Of a stretch of DNA of 64,000 bases, positions 1 to 10,749 are shown piece after piece; positions within the stretch are counted from its first letter, which is position 1; each line of letters starts with the position of its first letter. The position numbers and the translations under genes were made by a program. Location: the NCBI GenBank assembly GCA_000320545.1, contig ADNK01001415.1, positions 1-64,000 on the forward strand, in the 5' to 3' direction. The notes beneath the pieces were generated by a model. That model was given only the letters and a program-made list of their open reading frames with translations. It searched no databases and had not been told where the DNA came from. The DNA comes from Bigelowiella natans CCMP2755. Taxonomy: Eukaryota; Protista; Cercozoa.

Positions 1-92
1 AGTAAATTATAGTGAGAGTAGGAATAGAAAACAGTGGTAGTAGTTATCAGTGGTAGAAACTGCAATGGTGGTGCAGAATAGAGATTTGGTCA

Positions 93-169
<77 letters not shown>

Positions 170-265
170 TTGTGTATGCATGCCGCACATTCATACGTGG
201 ATAGTTGTTGATATGGCATACATGGATTATTGTTTTGTGTCAAATATGGGATCACTTACCTCCAG

Positions 266-1266
266 GTTATACGCCGTTGATTACGGCTGCTTTCTTTGGT
301 AATTGGAAACTCGTCAAGACCCTGCTTGACATGAAGGCAAACATCGAGGCGAAGGGCAATAGTGGTGGGTAGAGTTTTAATTTTATTTTATTTTTTTGGT
401 TATAGAATCGAGGCAAGATAGCTCAAATATATGAATAAAATATAAAATGATAAATTCGGGGAAGAGGTAAAGGAAGCGAGGGAGAGAAGAAGGGGTGATG
501 GTTCTTCACACGGCTTAAGAGTACATCTAATAGTAGCAATAGTTGTAAATAGGAACAGTGGTGGTGACATAGAAAGCAGTTTTGGTTATGTGTACATGCC
601 CGCGCGCGCGCGCGTATGTGTGTGTGTTGTGTGTATGTGCGTGTGCCAGAACGTAAGAGAATAGAGGTTTTTTCTTTCTCTTTTTCCTCTTCCTCCTTTA
701 TTTCATTTCAATTTTTTTCTTGTTTGTGATTGTGTGAGGATACATCAGCATTATCTGAAGCGAAAAAAAAAGTATGACTTAGGCAGAGATTTTGGGTCAC
801 ATTTTAGGTATCACGGCATTAATCATAGCGTCTCAATTGGGTTTGCTGCCCGTCGTTAAAGGCCTGGTTGAAAATAAGGCCAACATCGAGACGAAGAACG
901 ACAAAGGTGCGGGCAACTTGGGCAAGTAGCAGCATTTTGTAGCGGTTTAGTTTGTTAGTTATTAGTTCAGTTCATAGTACTTCGTAAGTTAGTAAGTTAA
1001 TAAATTAATTAGAAGTTGGTTGGAAAATCGAGACAGGATAGCTCAAACATGAATGGGGAGGGAGATAAAGGAAGCGAGGGAGAGAAGAAGATGAGGTGGT
1101 GGTTCTTCATACGGCTTTTGACTACATTTTAGTAGCAATAGCCGCGTTAGTAAGAGAAAAAGTAGTTTACAGTAGTAGTTTACAGTAGTTTAACATTAGT
1201 AGTAGTAGTAGCAGCAGGATCAGGAATGGAGATGCATAAGGCAGTTTTGGTTATTCATGTGTATAC

Positions 1267-1303
<37 letters not shown>

Positions 1304-4300
1304 GCCATATATATATACGGGTACATAAGAGAACAAGAGGGATTTTCTTCCCTTGTTTATATTTGTTTGTTGTTTGTTGTTGTTTGTGGATACATGAACA
1401 TGGCCTAAAAAGGAAAATAAAGTATGACTATTTTTTGGTTGTATTATAGGCCAGACGCCGTTGTTCAATGCATCTTGTCTAGGTAAATTGAAGACCGTAA
1501 AATACCTGGTTGGGATGAAGGCCAACATTGAGGCGAGTTGCAACGAAGGTGCGGGCAACTGCCGCAAGCGGCACCATTTTGTAGAAATTTAGTTTGTTGA
1601 TAGTCTTATTAGTTTCTAGCAGTCCGTAACTTAGATAGTTTGTGAAAAATTAGTAACTTCGTTCGCTTGGGTCGAAATAGGGAGTGTTTTTGTTTTTCAA
1701 TTAGATTACTGAGGTAGGGTAGCACCAATGCGAATGAAAATACAAAATAATAATTTTCGAGTGAGGAAAAGGAAGAGAGGGATAAGGGAAGGGGTGGTCT
1801 TCACACGGCTGAGAAGTACGTGTAGAAATGGTGGTGTGAGTCGTAGTAGTAGTTGTAGTAATAGTAAATGGTAGTAAGAGAAGTAGTAGTTAACAGTAGT
1901 TGTGATAGTCGTAGCAGCAGAAACTTTTTGTTGTTTGAATTTTGCTGCTCGTCGTTGGGTTGCTTTGCACCAGGCAAATCCGTGTCAAGTTGTGCTGCCA
2001 AGAAAGGTCACAAAGATATCGCAAGTTTTCTCCAAAAGGAAGAAAAAAAGAGAAGGAAGGAGGAAAAGAGCAGAGAAGAGTTGCAGGCAGACCTCATTGA
2101 AAAGAATAGATGCGCATTCAAGGACGGCAGACATTGTAAGAGACTCCTCAAGTCTCTGTTCACTGCACTCAAAGGCTCTCACTCCGAGGGCATTTTGATC
2201 ACCGACGACAAATTCGACTCGATCATCGAAAAATTGTTTCCACAAGCGGATTCCGTTGACGTCTTGTTTTCCGCCGAAAAACACGACGACAACAAAAACG
2301 AAATTCTTCAATTCAACGAATTTTGCGAATTTATGTGGAGCCATTTGCCCAACAAGGCAATGAGCAACGAGGAAGCTTTCCGTAAAAGTGCACTGCAATG
2401 GCTGAAGGAGAAGAGGAGATTGGCGGAGGAAGCGGGGTACGTCGCTAGTCTCATTAGAAGCCCTCCGTCGAGTGAAGACTTTGGGGATGGCAAGTACACC
2501 CCAGATGGGTTGCTCTCGTTTCTGAAGAGCCGTAACTACGTGCCTATCAAGGCGACCGAAGCTAAGGCTAACCAGACCGTCCACCTGGACACCAAAAAGG
2601 GTGGGGGGTCGTGGCAGGATGAGAGTCGTCTGGGTAAAGGATCGTACGGGTCCGTCTATGCGATGGAGAACACCGTCGATAAGAGCAGGTTCGCCCTTAA
2701 GGTATTTCAATTGACCGGGAAGACCGAGAAGGAGAGGGAGCGAATCAACCAAGAGTGCATCCGGATGTCAAATCTCAAGCATGACAACATCGCTAAGTAC
2801 TCTACTGCGATCGGCAACGAAGGTTTCCAATGCATCGTGATGGAATTGTACCCCAAAATCCTGACCAGTCTCATAAATGGACCTAAGATGCAGCCGAGCG
2901 AGATCAAGAAGCTCATGCTTGGCATAGGCAGAGGGCTGCAATACCTTCACAGCCAGACCCCTAACCCAATTATTCATCGCGATTTGAAGGCCGACAACAT
3001 TTTGGTATCGGATACTGGTGAGTGCACCTGAACACAAATCAGTTATCGACGATCACAAAGACCAAAGGGCGGGTCGAGTACCAAGCGCCAGAAAGTCGGC
3101 CGGACGGCGGCTCGGCGGACATGTGGGCCGCGGGGCTCATCCTCGTCGAGCTCATAACAAACAAGTTCATCAAAGACAATCGTGAGATGCAAAGGGCCAA
3201 CAAAGGCTCCGCAGCTTGGGAAAAAAAGGACATGATAAAAGCCCTAATCAAGTATTCCCAAAGCATAGTAGGAGATGGGAAGCTCTCCGAGGCTGTGTCA
3301 AAATTGCTTGACTACGACCCTTTCAAGAGGATGACGGCTACTCAGCTGGTGGATCTTCTTGATGAGAAGGCCACCATGGAGGAAAAAATGGACAGCCTCG
3401 GTAGAAAGTTTGATGACTTGAAAGAGGAACTCCGGCAAAACTTCTTGTCACTCAGCCAAAAATTCGATGGAGTTTTTCAGGCTGTTCTTAACTTTAATCT
3501 TGACAAGGACTCCTCGGATATCCCTAACTATTTCATGCTTTTGCCCGGCACTGAAGAGTTTGGCGATGAGAGGGTGTGTCGATATTTCAAATCCCTATTC
3601 AGCAAAGCCAAAGAAAAACTTGGTATCCAAAGGACCTTGTGGCTCTATGCCTGCGACGAAGCCCACCTCCTTAAAGAGGATCTTACCAATGGCAAAAAAA
3701 TCCCGGCCGTTACGACATTGATTCACGAGCCGATACAGATTGTTGTCCCCGGAAAGACCATGATTCGGCTTGCGCCATTGCTTCGTGTTCTGAGTGTTGC
3801 CCTAATCACGGCCAAAATCATTGGGGCTACGACGACCGGTGTTGGCGCGCTCATCCCGGGAGGTATTCCCGGACTTGACAAGCTCGAGAAGAATGCTGAA
3901 GCCCTCGGGTTAATTAACGAAACCTTAGAAGGGATCACTGAGGGTGATTTTGCTGCAGAACTTATTGAAAACGAGGAGGACAACCTCGAGATGGAGGAGA
4001 ATGCGGACACTATTTCTCCGACCGCACCAAAAATACAGACTAAGGCAGTTGGAGAGGCCTACTCTGCTCTCAAGTCACTATTGAAGGAAGATGCTTCGGG
4101 CGAGGTTCCAACGACCAAGGACAGAAATACACTTGACGAGCTTCTGAGAACCCACTTAGTGCGGATGTCCCACATAAAGGAAGGAAAGACTCGATGGTTT
4201 GCTCGTCACGACGATAAGGAGAAGAAGGACAACAGCAGAATGAATCTGCTGCGGAGCTGTGGCTGGATATCAGACCAGCGAGATGATTCCGGGGAGAACC

Positions 4301-4482
4301 CGGACCCGAAACCGAGCAACTCGAAGGAAAAATCAAAGGAGACCTCAAACCCGAACACGGACACGAGCCAGACAGAACTAAAGGAGACCCCGAAATCAAG
4401 CAAAAAACCGAGCCCGACAGAACTAAAGGAGACCCCAAAACCAAACAAACCCCAAAAAAAAAAGAAATGCGTCATATCCTAA
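266..4482 (+). CDS. Ankyrin-repeat / EF-hand / Ser-Thr kinase protein with C-terminal polybasic CaaX (5'-partial, spliced; kinase disrupted near 3005-3042)
   Basis: 99-nt phase-1 ankyrin exons at 266-364 (GYTPLITAAFFGNWKLVKTLLDMKANIE), 808-906 and 1450-1548, then an exon from 1974. EF-hand-like DDNKNEILQFNEF; kinase motifs LGKGSYGSVY, ALK, HRDLKADNIL, YQAPE, DMWAAG; ends KKKKCVIS*. Confidence 0.8.
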
Positions 4483-5448
4483 AATGCATGTGGTATTTTT
4501 GTTTTGAATTTCTTACCCCGCGTGTTACCACATCCTCTCCGTTATTGATGTTATTGGACTCGCTACAAGGTGTTAAATAGCAGCAGCAGTTACCACTACG
4601 GGGGGGGGCGGGGGGGGGGGGGGGTTGAAAAAAGGACAGTTTCTAACCTTTCATTAAGCACAGGAGTGGGATAGGACCTCATGCCCACGCCAATTAATTT
4701 TCAAATTTCGTCGTCTACAAGCTTACTACTGAATTCCATATTCTCCTTTCAGTTTGCCACTATGGCTGATGCACGCTGTGACTCATGCTCTACTGGCATA
4801 ACAAACTTTTGCTTTTTTTTCAATATATTAACAACGTTAATCGAATTCTGGTTCATACGATGTGCATGTTTTTCCTTATAATCTTAATATATTTGCGTCC
4901 GCAACCTTTTCTATTCACGTTCTTTCAGCAATTACTATGTCTACCTGCTAGGCGTACACGTTTAAACCAAGTTTACTCTCTTTCTATTTTTCGTCATGAT
5001 TCACATGTATCTTGTAAGCTATCTAGCTATATCGCTACACAAAGAAAGACATACTCGTTGTTTTGTGACCACCACTACCTCATACGCTGCTGATGCTGCG
5101 CGACGCATGCACATGCACGCATTTGACCTGCGACTTGTTGATGATGTGGGTGCTCTAGCATGTATATGTGCGAAATTTGAAACAGCGGCGGGAGAAAATG
5201 TAGCAGACTTCAACTAAGAGCAATCTCGCATGCATCGCACAGTACACGACCTGCCAGGATGCAACCATGAAAATTGACATGCATGTGATGACCTTTGCTG
5301 CGCGCGCTGCTAGCGCTCTAGCGCTGGTCGATCACATCAGGCTGGTCACCGTTGAGGTGTTCCACTGTCCACAGAGTCAATTGTGATCATGAATGCAATC
5401 AATTTGCGCGCGTTCACAGAACTGAAACAGCGCCTGGCGGGTGCACAT

Positions 5449-7040
5449 TGGGGCTGGGCACAAACACTTGAAAACAAACACATTTGCAAATGCATTTGAA
5501 CAAACAAAATCAAACACTTGTTTGCATGAGCTAGAGCAGCATTTGAACAAACCAAACACAAGTTTGCAAGCATTTGGTGTTTGGAAACAATTTTTCAAAA
5601 TGTTCGCATTTGTTCAAACCAAATCAAACCAAATATGTTTGCAAATGTTTTTGGAAACATTTCAAGAAAATCACCAAAATTGAGCTTTTGCATGCGTCTA
5701 GCGTGGCCAATCATTGCCGACATTGCTAGCTAAATTTGAGATCGCCTGAGCTTGCGTTGTCGGTGAATTTCTGAAGAAAAATCACCTACGTGGCCACGGC
5801 GACCAGGCTAGCTAGCTAGGCCTGCGCATGTGCTGCGCATGCGCAGCATGCACGCACGCAGCCGCCATGCCATGCGCTAGCACACGTGCTGCGCACTGCT
5901 GCTCTAGTGCTGTTGGACTGCACATGCCAGCATGTGCATTGCTAGATTGTGACGGACCATTGAAAAAAGTGACAGATGATCACATTGCATCCGTCTCGCT
6001 ACCATCTCGCCAGCATCTCGCACTGATGAAACTTCATTGCAGCTAGCTCCAGTTAGCTGGGGCTAGCTAGTCAGCAGCACGTGCAGCAGCTGCTGTTGCG
6101 ATCGTGCACATCTTGCGAGAGCGCAGCTCATTCTCATTGGTGCAACAAACTAGCAATCAAAAACATGTGTCTGCAACATGCTGCATTGCTTTTGCTTCCC
6201 TGATTTCACCAAAGAAACAACCAATCAGATGCCATGTCAGTGCTGTTTCAAATTGCATTTGCAATTGACAACCCCACCCGCAGGGCTTGTCATTTTCCAT
6301 CAGAATGCATCTTTGTGCATGAAGCTCCATTTTGGAGAAGCATCACTCGGCATGAAAAGGAAAATGATGATTTGAAGCCACGTCAGTCGAGTCCGAACGC
6401 ATCTTCTTGTTGTGTGGCTTGACACTGACAGCGCGTCGAAGTGCATTGTCGACAGACACAGCTGAAGCATTGGCAATGCTCAACAAATTGTCAAAGTTGG
6501 ACAGATTTTGGAAAGTTCTCAAACACGAGAAAGGCACAGCTGGAGGTTGCAAAGTGGAGAAAAACAGTTCCTGAGTCTGTGGGGCTGAGTCCTGAGTCCT
6601 GAGCAGCCATGAGACGGATGCAATGAAGTGATCAAATCTTTTCAATGGCAGCATGTGTGCGCCATGATGCTGCACATCCACATGCGCATGGCGTCTACGC
6701 AACAACCATGTCTGTCTGCAATGAGTTGTGAAGTTGTGCCTGTGCGATTGTTTGTTCCCTTTGTCACACGTTGCACAATGCGCATTCAAATGCATTGCGA
6801 TTTGGTCTGTCATGTCGTGCTTTGCGCGCAGCTGCGCGGGAACGTTTCAAATTTTTCAAATCATTTGCAAATGATTTTCACAGGAAAACATTTGCAAACA
6901 CTGCTTCTTGTTCGAACATCATTTGAACAAACCAAACACTAGTTTCGCGACATGTGGGCATTCTTTGTTCAAATCAAACACTTGTTCAGCAGCAAAGCAA
7001 AGTGTTTCCAAACAAAAAAAAACATTTGTGCCCAGCTCTA
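5449..7040 (+). mobile_element. Non-autonomous/decayed hAT DNA transposon
   Basis: TIRs TGGGGCTGGGCACAAA (5449) and TTTGTGCCCAGCTCTA (ends 7040); perfect 8-bp TSD GTGCACAT at 5441-5448 and 7041-7048; subterminal CAAAC/TTTGAAC repeats; internal transposase remnant. Confidence 0.9.
6374..6490 (+). pseudogene. hAT transposase C-terminal dimerisation-domain remnant
   Basis: Translates EATSVESERIFLLCGLTLTARRSALSTDTAEALAMLNK, matching the hATC consensus (ATSxxSERxFSxxGxxxTxxRxxLxxxxxEAL). Confidence 0.8.
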
Positions 7041-8054
7041 GTGCACATTCAAGAGGCGCGCGGCATGCTGCTATGCCACAGCTAGCTAGCATGCAACGTG
7101 TGGGCTGTAGCCGATTAGATGAGTCCACATGCGATTCGAAATGAAAAATCTTGTCATTGTCGCTAGCTGGCGGATGCTGGATGCAAATGTCGCTACACAA
7201 CCCGCATGTCGACCATCGCTGCGTCAGCATGTCGTGCATGACTGCGCATGCTAGCATGCAGTGCGATTGTGTCACGTTGCGACGACAATGAAGAACAGCA
7301 GATCGAGGTCATCATGTGCTAGTACGTATGGCCGGATCGCATTGCAAATGCGCAGAGACATCATCAGCTAGACACATGTCTAGATATGCACTAGCTAGCT
7401 GCTAGCACATCGCTAGATCGGACATGCCAGCAGCATCGCAGAGACTAGAGAGACCACGCTCAGTTCAAATGTTCATGCATACGTACATACAGCGCTAAAT
7501 ACATTATTATTGATGACCACTGCTAGACCAGCGTCGTCTAGCTAGGCGCATGCGCACATGACGTGAAACATATGATGGACAAGGTTCACATTGTGCATAC
7601 ACTGCACGCAGTCTAGCAGTGTGCATGCGTACACTGTTCATGGAATCTAGAAATGCATTAAGCCATTTCCGCTGTACTTGATTACATGTACTACACAAAT
7701 ACGACGTTGCCAACTGTGCACTGTTTTAAAGTTTAGTCGGCCTAGCAGCATTCTAGCATTGCCACTCACGTATTATGGCAAGATTCAGTAAAGATTCAGT
7801 GGGTAAACATTTTATTATTATCGTACATTTTCATGACGCACATCGTGCATAATTCCAAGGTGATGACTGAGTCAAAGGATCCAATTTATCGAGGGGAAAC
7901 AAGAAGTCTCGAAAAAAAAGAGATGAAATTTCTGCGCCGCTGTAACGTCAATACTGTCAATCTATCCTGACTTCAAATAAAGAGAAGACCAGGAGAATGC
8001 ATTTCATCATAATCTTTATATGCTCTTGTCACAAAGAATGAGGATGCATACAAT

Positions 8055-10259
8055 TTAAGGAGCCTTAGGAGGCATAGGCGCACCAAAGTCTTTCTGTTCT
8101 AGGCTCTTTCTACCACCGCCTCTGAAGTTAGGATCTCCTGCAGGATAATACGAGCATCGTACTGTAACTCCATCCTTGAGTTCAGGTCCTTTGATCTGGG
8201 TAACTTCGTTACCATTTGCATCCAAAAGCATGAGTGTACCGAGCTGATGACCAGGGAACTTGCCGAATGCTTTACGAATGTTGGTCTTCAATTTTCGGAG
8301 GCCTTCTCCAGGATAAAGTGTAATCTGGCACTCGCCGTTTAGCTTATCGCATTTTGTGTTTCCACGGCCACCCTTGACGTTGATGGTTCGTGGCTGGTTG
8401 GAGAAAGCTTGGTTGGATGGAGTGTTATACAAGACGGGGACGCTCATTGGCTGAGGAGGAGTGAACTGGTAAACTACGCCGCCATGCTTGCCCTTCTTGT
8501 GGCTACCTGGAGCTCCAGGAAGACCTGCTGTTCCCATTTTTCTCTTAGGTGTTCTTTGTTGCACTTGAGCAGCCTGTAGCTCCGTGTTGAACTTACGCTC
8601 TTCATACTTAGGAATGTCGAACATGAGGGCTGTCGATGTGTAGTAATGCTCTGCGAACACCTTAGTGGTGCGGCCATGACTTCCGAGCCAGTCGGAAGGA
8701 GCTTTCAGAGTATGGCTTACGAGTTCAAACTGCTCAACTTCCTCTGGGGTTCTGCCCAATTTCTTTGCATCTTTCTTTTTTGGCATCTGGGTCAGCACGT
8801 AATCTACGTCTAAATATTCGCCACTCAATAGACGCAGACATGTTACATTCAGTCCAGCGGCATTAAATACGACCGCAACTATACCATCTTCATTCTTCAA
8901 TTTCAACTTGGAAGCATATCCCTTCGTTCCTTTCTTAAGCTTTGCCTCAACCTGCGACAGAGAGTTCTCTTCGTATAAGTATCGGCAGTAGTATGCAATG
9001 CGTGCTCCTTGTGGGTAGAAGGCTGGATCAGCAAGTGCGGCACGAAGGGCCAAGTTGAGGTTCTTTGCACGTAAGAAGAGATGGTCAGTATTTGGATCTG
9101 GAGCTGTTGTACGGTGGAGGATGTAGGTAAGTGTCAGCCTGTTGCCATCAGTGACGGGGGTCATTTCGTGTTGGATGTCTCCGTAGAATGCAACCCACTG
9201 AAGCTGTGGAGAAGGCACAAAGTTTCTGATCTTGTCTTCCTTATCCTTGCCAATAGCAGACCCTGCGTAGTTCAAAACCCCAGTCCAGTCAAATGTCTTA
9301 CGTTCTCCCATGTGCTCAAGTTTCAGATACCCGCCTTTGAATGGTACTGGCAGGCACACGATTAGGGTTCCAAAGCAGGTTGGTCCCCGAGGCTGCTCCT
9401 GCTGAGCTTTGTAGCTAGCTCCCTTAGAGTAGATAGTGAGCTTGGAAAGCTCAGCAATTACACCCTTCGCATCGGGAACAAGTGCTGAGTGAATCTCATC
9501 AAGAATCTGGGTTGGGTACCAGTCAAGTGTGAACTTCTCTGCGGAAAGTTCGTGAACTGGAGCTCCTCCAGTAAGAGGATCCATACCTCCAACACCTCCA
9601 TGAGTAAATGGTGGGTTAAGATCCATTCCCATACCGCCATGCTGTTGGCCAAACGCAGGAGGAACGGGGGGCCCTCCGTGGGTCATGGATGGTTTGCTTA
9701 CACCCTTCAGACGGGCAAGAGCAAGAGGAGCCTCTTGGACACCCACCGGGAAAAAAACGGTATCCTTTGTTTGCTTGATTTGCATTTTGATAGTCCTGTT
9801 TTCCGTGCCGCTAACGGAGAATCGGGACTTAATAGCATCGATAGCTTTTGTGATTTTCTTAATGTGCTCAGAGGGCTTTGCTGCCATCATAGGAATTCCC
9901 CCGGGAGAAAACATCATTCCTGTCTTAGGTGAAGGAGAAGCAAACAATGATTTCTTCTCATCATATCCAATAGGGTCCTGTCCGGTGATTGTAGCCGTGA
10001 TCATCTTGATAGCTTCGATGGCTCTGGAGAAAGCGTCGTATGCCTTAGTGATTGCCTCATCGTAGTGAAGTGGTTTGCAAGGGATAAGAGGAACGTTTGC
10101 TGGAACGTTCACAAGACGGTCATCCATTTGACGGCCCATTCCTCGATCCATTCCACGGTCCATGCGATCCATACCCCTTGGATCGTTGACAGCTCCAAAA
10201 GGCATTGGCACCCGCGGAGGTGCCGTGTTCATTTTTTGATCCACGTCGACGTATTCCAT
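8055..10259 (-). CDS. Intronless 734-aa protein with 2OG-Fe(II) oxygenase (prolyl-4-hydroxylase-like) domain, HxD motif degenerate
   Basis: LSKLTIYSKG..FGTLIVCLP..FKGGYL..WVAFYGDIQHEMTPVTDGNRLTLTY matches the 2OG-FeII_Oxy_3-like pattern; long open ORF. Confidence 0.8.
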   Translation of the reverse strand: MEYVDVDQKMNTAPPRVPMPFGAVNDPRGMDRMDRGMDRGMGRQMDDRLVNVPANVPLIPCKPLHYDEAITKAYDAFSRAIEAIKMITATITGQDPIGYDEKKSLFASPSPKTGMMFSPGGIPMMAAKPSEHIKKITKAIDAIKSRFSVSGTENRTIKMQIKQTKDTVFFPVGVQEAPLALARLKGVSKPSMTHGGPPVPPAFGQQHGGMGMDLNPPFTHGGVGGMDPLTGGAPVHELSAEKFTLDWYPTQILDEIHSALVPDAKGVIAELSKLTIYSKGASYKAQQEQPRGPTCFGTLIVCLPVPFKGGYLKLEHMGERKTFDWTGVLNYAGSAIGKDKEDKIRNFVPSPQLQWVAFYGDIQHEMTPVTDGNRLTLTYILHRTTAPDPNTDHLFLRAKNLNLALRAALADPAFYPQGARIAYYCRYLYEENSLSQVEAKLKKGTKGYASKLKLKNEDGIVAVVFNAAGLNVTCLRLLSGEYLDVDYVLTQMPKKKDAKKLGRTPEEVEQFELVSHTLKAPSDWLGSHGRTTKVFAEHYYTSTALMFDIPKYEERKFNTELQAAQVQQRTPKRKMGTAGLPGAPGSHKKGKHGGVVYQFTPPQPMSVPVLYNTPSNQAFSNQPRTINVKGGRGNTKCDKLNGECQITLYPGEGLRKLKTNIRKAFGKFPGHQLGTLMLLDANGNEVTQIKGPELKDGVTVRCSYYPAGDPNFRGGGRKSLEQKDFGAPMPPKAP

Positions 10260-10749
10260 AGTTCCGCTACCTGTCTGTACGCGTAATCAAGTGAGAGAGG
10301 TCCTTGGTGTGATCAACCAAGATTCGGGTTACCTTAGAATTCGGGTAGTGAAGGGAGGGAAGGGAGGTTGGTTTGCCAAGAAAGGGTCTTCTTTGGCGTT
10401 TGGATTTGGGACTGCTTTTGTGAGCTGTAAGACGAGAGAGCAAGAGAGAGACTGAGGCAAACCGTCGACCCACCTGATGCCGTGTATTTTACACGTATTG
10501 TCTCTATTTATATTGTCGCAATATAATATATTAGGTAGATTATTTAAATTTTACGCCCAGAGTCTGAGACACAAAGCAGCAAGTGAGAGAGAGGCCTTTT
10601 TTACCACGGACGAGATTTATACCAGGCCGTGGGGCAAAAGTATTGAATTTTGTACCTAGAGAGCCCACTTTTTATGATGTTAGCGGACTTCCTCTAGTTT
10701 TGCAATCCGCATGGAATTTTGGAGCCCAAATCCAAAATCTCAGCAAACG

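Noticed and set aside
4600-4624. Poly-G tract downstream of the kinase gene (possible G-quadruplex)
   Set aside because: Homopolymer runs are common in this window and length is unreliable; no supporting context.
5460-5660. Short CAAAC/TTTGAAC repeats resembling a CRISPR or iteron array
   Set aside because: Irregular spacing, eukaryotic context, explained as hAT subterminal repeats.
5346-7275. Overlapping Cys/His/Ala/Met-rich ORFs on both strands (also 27.3-28.0, 49.4-51.0, 62.2-63.1 kb)
   Set aside because: Artefact of TpA depletion removing TAA stops and Tyr codons; no domain signal other than the hAT remnant.
8055-10259. 2OG oxygenase as the enzyme behind the TpA/thymine signature
   Set aside because: Motifs are P4H-like rather than TET/JBP-like and HxD is lost; adjacency is not evidence.
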